Below, in pieces: positions 59,657 to 64,000 of a DNA stretch of 64,000 bases. A program made the position numbers and the translations under genes. Source of the stretch: Myxococcales bacterium. Its GTDB lineage: Bacteria > Myxococcota_A > Polyangia > Polyangiales > DASUME01. The number at the start of each line of letters is the position of its first letter. Within the stretch, counting starts at the first letter, position 1. The DNA is taken from NCBI GenBank assembly GCA_047601445.1, contig JASGJH010000001.1, positions 9,088,001 through 9,152,000 on the forward strand, given 5' to 3'. A model generated the notes under the pieces. The model was not told where the DNA came from. It saw only the letters and a program-made list of their open reading frames with translations, and made no database searches.

Positions 59657-60583
59657 CTACGCGAGTTGCTGGTTGAGCCAATCGAGCAAGTCGTGGGTCA
59701 CTTCGTCCCGATTGGTCTCGTTGGTTAGCTCATGGCGGGCGCCCTGGTAGAGCCGCACGGTGACCGACTTCATGCCCGCGTCCTCATAGGCTTTACGGAG
59801 CTTGCGGATGCCGGCTAGCTTGTTGTTCACGGGGTCCTGCTCACCGCTCATCACGTAGACGGGCAGGGTCTTGGGCATACGCGCGATCTGGCTGGGGGTG
59901 CAGATCTCGGCCAGTCCGGTCATGACGTCGTGCCAAAGCTGGTTCGAGCACTGGAATCCGCAGAACGGGTCGGCCACGTACTTATCGACCTCGGCGGGGT
60001 CCCGGCTGAGCCAGTCGCAGGGCGTGCGCGGGTTCTCGAACTGCTTGTTGAAGGCCTCGAAGGTGAGCTTGCTGATGAGGCCGCTCGTGCCGCGCTTACC
60101 AAGCCGCAAGTTCTCGGCCCCGATGATCATCCGCAGGCTCTTGTAGACCGTGGGCGAGTCATGGCCGGTGCCGGACAGCACCAAAGCCCGGTACTCGTCC
60201 CCGTGCCGTAGGGCCGCGCCGCGCGCGATGTAGGAACCCATGCTGTGCCCAAACAGGACCACGGGCAGCCCCGGGTGGCGCGACTTGATCTCCTCCGTGA
60301 GGACCTGCTGGTCGTCCACTACCTTTTCCCAGCCGTCGCTGTCGGCAAAGTAGCCCAGCGCCGAGGGGGCGGGCGCGGTGTGGCCGTGCCCTCGGTGATC
60401 ATTGGCGTACACGGCGATGCCCTGAGCCGTGAGTGACTCGGCCAGGCGGGCGTAGCGGGCCGAATGCTCGGCCATACCGTGGGATAGCTGGAGGACCGCC
60501 CGAGCTGGTCGGTCGGGTACAAACACCCTCACGAAAATGGGGGTTCCGTCGCGGGCCGGAAGCCTGAAGTCGCTCGCTTGCAT
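59657..60583 (-). CDS. Alpha/beta hydrolase (lysophospholipase/monoglyceride lipase family)
   Basis: HGMAEHSARY, DHRGHG, GHSMG nucleophile, GEQDPV, ARHELTNE. Confidence 0.9.
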   Translation of the reverse strand: MQASDFRLPARDGTPIFVRVFVPDRPARAVLQLSHGMAEHSARYARLAESLTAQGIAVYANDHRGHGHTAPAPSALGYFADSDGWEKVVDDQQVLTEEIKSRHPGLPVVLFGHSMGSYIARGAALRHGDEYRALVLSGTGHDSPTVYKSLRMIIGAENLRLGKRGTSGLISKLTFEAFNKQFENPRTPCDWLSRDPAEVDKYVADPFCGFQCSNQLWHDVMTGLAEICTPSQIARMPKTLPVYVMSGEQDPVNNKLAGIRKLRKAYEDAGMKSVTVRLYQGARHELTNETNRDEVTHDLLDWLNQQLA

Positions 60584-60646
60584 TGTTGCGCATGGTAGCC
60601 GCACGACGGGGCAGGGTGTCGTACAATTCGTGGTGAGGTCTCTCGG

Positions 60647-62311
60647 GTGAAGCTGCGCGAAAGCAATCTGGTCAAGCTCGGTCAGCGGCAGTTCGACGTG
60701 CTCATTGTCGGGGGCGGCATCAACGGGGCGGTCAGCGCCGCGGCGCTCAGCGCACAGGGAGCCAAGGTCGCCCTGATCGACCGCGACGACTTCGCGGGCT
60801 TCACCAGCCAGGAAAGCTCCAACCTGGTGTGGGGCGGCATCAAGTACCTGGAGAGCTTCGAGTTCCTGCTCGTCCGCAAACTGTGCCTCTCGCGCAACCG
60901 CTTGCTGCGCGCGTACCCGTCGAGCATCCGCGAGATCCGCTTCTTCACCACGCTCGAAAAGACCTTCCGGAAGAGCCGTTTCTTGGTGTGGTTGGGGGCG
61001 GTCCTCTACTGGTTCATCGGCAATTTTTTCACGCGTCCACCACGTTTGCTGTCGGTGGCCGACATCGATCGCGAGGAGCCGGTGGTGCGCACGCAGGGCA
61101 CCCAGGGGGGCCTCGAGTACTCCGATGCCTACCTGGTCGACAACGACGCGCGCTTCGTCTTCAACTTCGTACGCAGCGCCATCAACTGCGGCGGCATCGT
61201 GGCCAATTACGTCACGTCGCTCGGCGCCACGCGCGAGGCCGACGGGCTCTGGCACTGTCATGCGCGTGACACGGTGGGCGGACGCGAACTCACGATTCGC
61301 GCCAAGATCCTGATCAACGCCTGCGGCCCCTTCGTCGACGCGCACAATCGGTCCACGGGCGTGACCACCCAGCATCGCCACGTGTTCTCGCGCGGCATCC
61401 ACCTGATCGTGAACTCTCTGACGCCGTCGCGGCGCGTGCTGACCTTCTTCGCCGACGACGGCCGCTTGTTCTTCGTGATCCCGATGGGCAACAAGAGCTG
61501 CATCGGCACCACGGACACGCGCGAAGAGCAGTTGCCAGCCCACGTGCACGAGGAAGACCGGCGCTTCGTGCTGGAGAACATCAACAAGCGGCTGAACCTT
61601 CAGACACCGCTCCGCGAAGCCGACGTCCTCGCCGAGCGCTGCGGCGTGCGACCTCTGGTGGTGCAGAACAGCGGCAACGGCGCCGGTGAGGCGGACTGGC
61701 TGACCCTCTCGCGCAAGCACGAGGTGGAGGTCGACCGCGTGCGCTCGCACATCAGCATTTTCGGCGGGAAGCTCACGGATTGCTTGAACGTTGGCGAAGA
61801 GATCGCCGAGCTGGTGCGGCAACTCGGGGTCGCCTTGCCCTATGCCAATCACCGCTGGTACGGCGAGCCGCCGGACGAGGTGCGCGACGAGTTCTTCCAC
61901 CAGGCCCGCCTGATGGACCTGGACGCGATGACCGCGAGCGAGTCGTCCGAGCCACTATCGACGCGTATTTGGCGACGCTACGCGGAGAGCGGTCTGCGCT
62001 TGCTCGAGGACATCCGCGCCGATCCGTCGATGGCCGAGGTGCTGATCCGCGGCACCGAGTACATCCGCGGCGAGCTCTATCACGCCGCGCGACGCGAGAT
62101 GATCACCAAGCTCTCCGACTTCCTGCGGCGGCGCTCCAAGATCGCCTTGATCGCCAACACGGCGACTATCCGAGAAGCTCCAGGGCTGTTCGAGGCCTGT
62201 CGCATCCTCTTCGGGGACGAGGCCGAGTCCAAGTTCATGGAGTACTTTGGCGAGCGGCCAAGCCTCGAGGTGATCCGCGATTCGGTGCGACCTGCGAGTC
62301 CGCTCGGTTAG
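60647..62311 (+). CDS. glpD: FAD-dependent glycerol-3-phosphate dehydrogenase/oxidase
   Basis: IVGGGING, DFAGFTS.ESSNLVWGGIKYLE, IGTTD, GVRPL, GGKLT, DFLRRRS. Confidence 0.85.
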   Translation: MKLRESNLVKLGQRQFDVLIVGGGINGAVSAAALSAQGAKVALIDRDDFAGFTSQESSNLVWGGIKYLESFEFLLVRKLCLSRNRLLRAYPSSIREIRFFTTLEKTFRKSRFLVWLGAVLYWFIGNFFTRPPRLLSVADIDREEPVVRTQGTQGGLEYSDAYLVDNDARFVFNFVRSAINCGGIVANYVTSLGATREADGLWHCHARDTVGGRELTIRAKILINACGPFVDAHNRSTGVTTQHRHVFSRGIHLIVNSLTPSRRVLTFFADDGRLFFVIPMGNKSCIGTTDTREEQLPAHVHEEDRRFVLENINKRLNLQTPLREADVLAERCGVRPLVVQNSGNGAGEADWLTLSRKHEVEVDRVRSHISIFGGKLTDCLNVGEEIAELVRQLGVALPYANHRWYGEPPDEVRDEFFHQARLMDLDAMTASESSEPLSTRIWRRYAESGLRLLEDIRADPSMAEVLIRGTEYIRGELYHAARREMITKLSDFLRRRSKIALIANTATIREAPGLFEACRILFGDEAESKFMEYFGERPSLEVIRDSVRPASPLG

Positions 62312-62562
62312 CTGGCCTTTCAAACATGCTTCGAACGACAGTGCGAGATTGCAGCAATGAAAGCAAAACGGGCTTTCTGCGCCGTCCGCTGAACGAAATC
62401 CTCAAGCTTTTCGCGAGCGCGGATGTTGGCCTGGTTCTAGCTATGTAGGCTTCCGTGAGTACGAGGTTTGTTCGGGACCCCTAGACGTCCCCCGCCCGAA
62501 CAAGCCCGAGGGCATCGCCGAAAACTCCCCCGTTTTACCCCGCGAAACCTCAAAGTATTCCA

Positions 62563-62598
62563 AAGCGCGCGTCCCGCCCCCCCTTGGGACGCGCGCTT
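62563..62598. terminator. Strong 13-bp hairpin in the gap between convergent genes
   Basis: AAGCGCGCGTCCC-N10-GGGACGCGCGCTT. Confidence 0.5.
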
Positions 62599-62633
62599 CC
62601 CCCTATTTTATCGGGAGGGCACGCGGCTTCTCT

Positions 62634-62717
62634 ACGGGGAGGTCACGCGACCTCCCCGCCCGTCGCAGCAAAGCTGCGCCGGGGCCCACCCCACTGCGAG
62701 GCTCGCTGCGCTCACGG
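62634..62717. repeat. Dispersed REP-like intergenic repeat (84-bp copy B)
   Basis: Same orientation as 39003-39086, with 8 mismatches in 84 nt. Confidence 0.85.
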
Positions 62718-62773
62718 TCGTGTTCGTTTCGGGCCTATTGTGGGGGGGCCCGCGCCCTCCCGTTGACTCCCAG

Positions 62774-64000
62774 TTAGCGCAGGAGCTCGAGCAAATCGCT
62801 GCGCGTGATGCCCGCCGCTGCCTCGGCGCCGTCGGTGGCCACGGCGGAGAGTGCGCGCTTCTTCTCCTGCAGGACCAGGATGCGCTCCTCGACGCTGTCC
62901 TTGGCCACCAAGCGATGCACGAGCACCGGGCGGTCCTGGCCGATGCGGTGCGCGCGGTCGGCAGCCTGATCTTCGGCGGCGGGGTTCCACCAGGGATCCA
63001 TCAGGAACACGTGGTCGGCTGCGGTCAGGTTGAGGCCCACGCCACCGGCCTTCAGCGAGAGCAGCATCACACCCACGCCGGGGTCGTCCTGGAACTCTCT
63101 CACGACCGCAGCGCGGTCGGCCGTGGAGCCGTCGAGGCGCACGAAGCGCACGTTGCGACCCTCTAGGTGCGGCTCCACCAGGTCCAGCAGGCTCGTCCAC
63201 TGTGAAAACACCAGCGCCTTGTGCCCCTCGCTGAGGGCCTCGTCGAGGGTCTCTAGCAGCACGTCCAACTTGCTCGAGCGGGCCGCCGACTGGCCGGGCA
63301 AGAGGGCGCGATGACAGCAGGCTTGCCGCAGCCGCAACAGCGCCTCGAGCGCTGCCAGCACACTGCCGCCGCTCTCGAGCTGCTCCACCACGTCCTTCTG
63401 GGTCGCCGCACGCACGCTCTCGTAGAGGGCCCGCTCGTCGTCGTCCAAAGTGCAATGCAACACCACATCCGTGCGCGGCGGGAGCTCTTTCACCACGTCG
63501 CGCTTCAAGCGCCTCAGTACGAACGGCTTGATGCGTGCGCGTAGTCGCCTGGCCGCTTCGCGGTCGCCCTCGGCGATGGGATTGCCGTAGGCGGCCTCGA
63601 AGTCCGCGCGCCCTCCCAACAGACCGCGGTTGAGGAAATGGAACAGACTCCACAGATCGGTGAGCCGATTCTCTACCGGGGTACCGGTGAGCGCGATGCG
63701 TCGCTCGGCCGGCAGCTCGTAGGCCGCGCGGGCCACCTGACTGTCGGGGTTCTTGATGGTCTGAGCTTCGTCGAGGATCAGCGTGGCCCAGTGCTTCTGG
63801 CTCAGCTGCGCCGCGTCCATGCGCATGATCGCGTAGGTCGTGATGGTGACGTCTGCCGTGACGTCGAGCGCGCGTTGCGGCCCGTGATAGGTGCACACCT
63901 TGAGCTCGGGCCTGAAGCGCGCGATCTCGGCCGCCCAGTTGAACACCACGCTGGCTGGACAGACCACGAGCGCCGGCGGCCTGAGCGCGCACAGTGCCTG
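62774..64000 (-). CDS. SNF2 family helicase, C-terminal part (5' end outside window)
   Basis: [58 protein letters not shown]. Confidence 0.93.
   Translation of the reverse strand, partial: QALCALRPPALVVCPASVVFNWAAEIARFRPELKVCTYHGPQRALDVTADVTITTYAIMRMDAAQLSQKHWATLILDEAQTIKNPDSQVARAAYELPAERRIALTGTPVENRLTDLWSLFHFLNRGLLGGRADFEAAYGNPIAEGDREAARRLRARIKPFVLRRLKRDVVKELPPRTDVVLHCTLDDDERALYESVRAATQKDVVEQLESGGSVLAALEALLRLRQACCHRALLPGQSAARSSKLDVLLETLDEALSEGHKALVFSQWTSLLDLVEPHLEGRNVRFVRLDGSTADRAAVVREFQDDPGVGVMLLSLKAGGVGLNLTAADHVFLMDPWWNPAAEDQAADRAHRIGQDRPVLVHRLVAKDSVEERILVLQEKKRALSAVATDGAEAAAGITRSDLLELLR

Noticed and set aside
59657..61900. 747-aa hydrolase ORF overlapping glpD
   Set aside because: The N-terminal ~440 aa is the antisense shadow of glpD; hydrolase motifs begin only after ATG 60583.
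62774..64000. SNF2 helicase as part of an anti-phage defence island
   Set aside because: No methylase, nuclease or other defence genes are visible on this side, and the upstream context is outside the window.

Overview
High-GC, gene-dense chromosomal segment. Gene content (Hanks-type Ser/Thr kinase, FHA-like protein, roadblock protein, large Cys-rich lipoproteins, CYP51) suggests a myxobacterium (Myxococcota); this is inference. From start to end it holds: the 3' end of a class II CPD photolyase converging on a crtY-crtE-crtI-crtB carotenoid operon that has candidate CarA/CarH-type operator repeats; a MacB-like ABC exporter; mcr, bcp, a ferredoxin and MarR; a truncated globin-thyA-folA-thioesterase operon containing a 4 x 33-bp hairpin tandem repeat; and a divergent sterol-modification cassette (NSDHL-like 3-beta-HSD plus START-like protein on one side; Rieske oxygenase, ALDH, GMC oxidoreductase, TetR, CYP51 and ferredoxin on the other). 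That cassette is the best candidate for an undescribed system. Later come DUF3604 + PPIase, an ABC1 kinase, rpsU, an SLT, wcaJ, a parvulin, recQ, a sigma-70 factor with Q437H-type region 2.4, an acyl-CoA dehydrogenase pair, a tandem-START secreted protein, transaldolase, a ~1,500-aa Cys-rich lipoprotein, a kinase, fused trpE(G), trpD, glpD and a partial SNF2 helicase. All four frameshifts I found lie at GATTC/GAATC and are repaired by restoring GATC, which points to a modification-linked sequencing artefact. I saw no rRNA, tRNA, CRISPR array or transposase. Product calls come from motif recognition only; no database searches were run.
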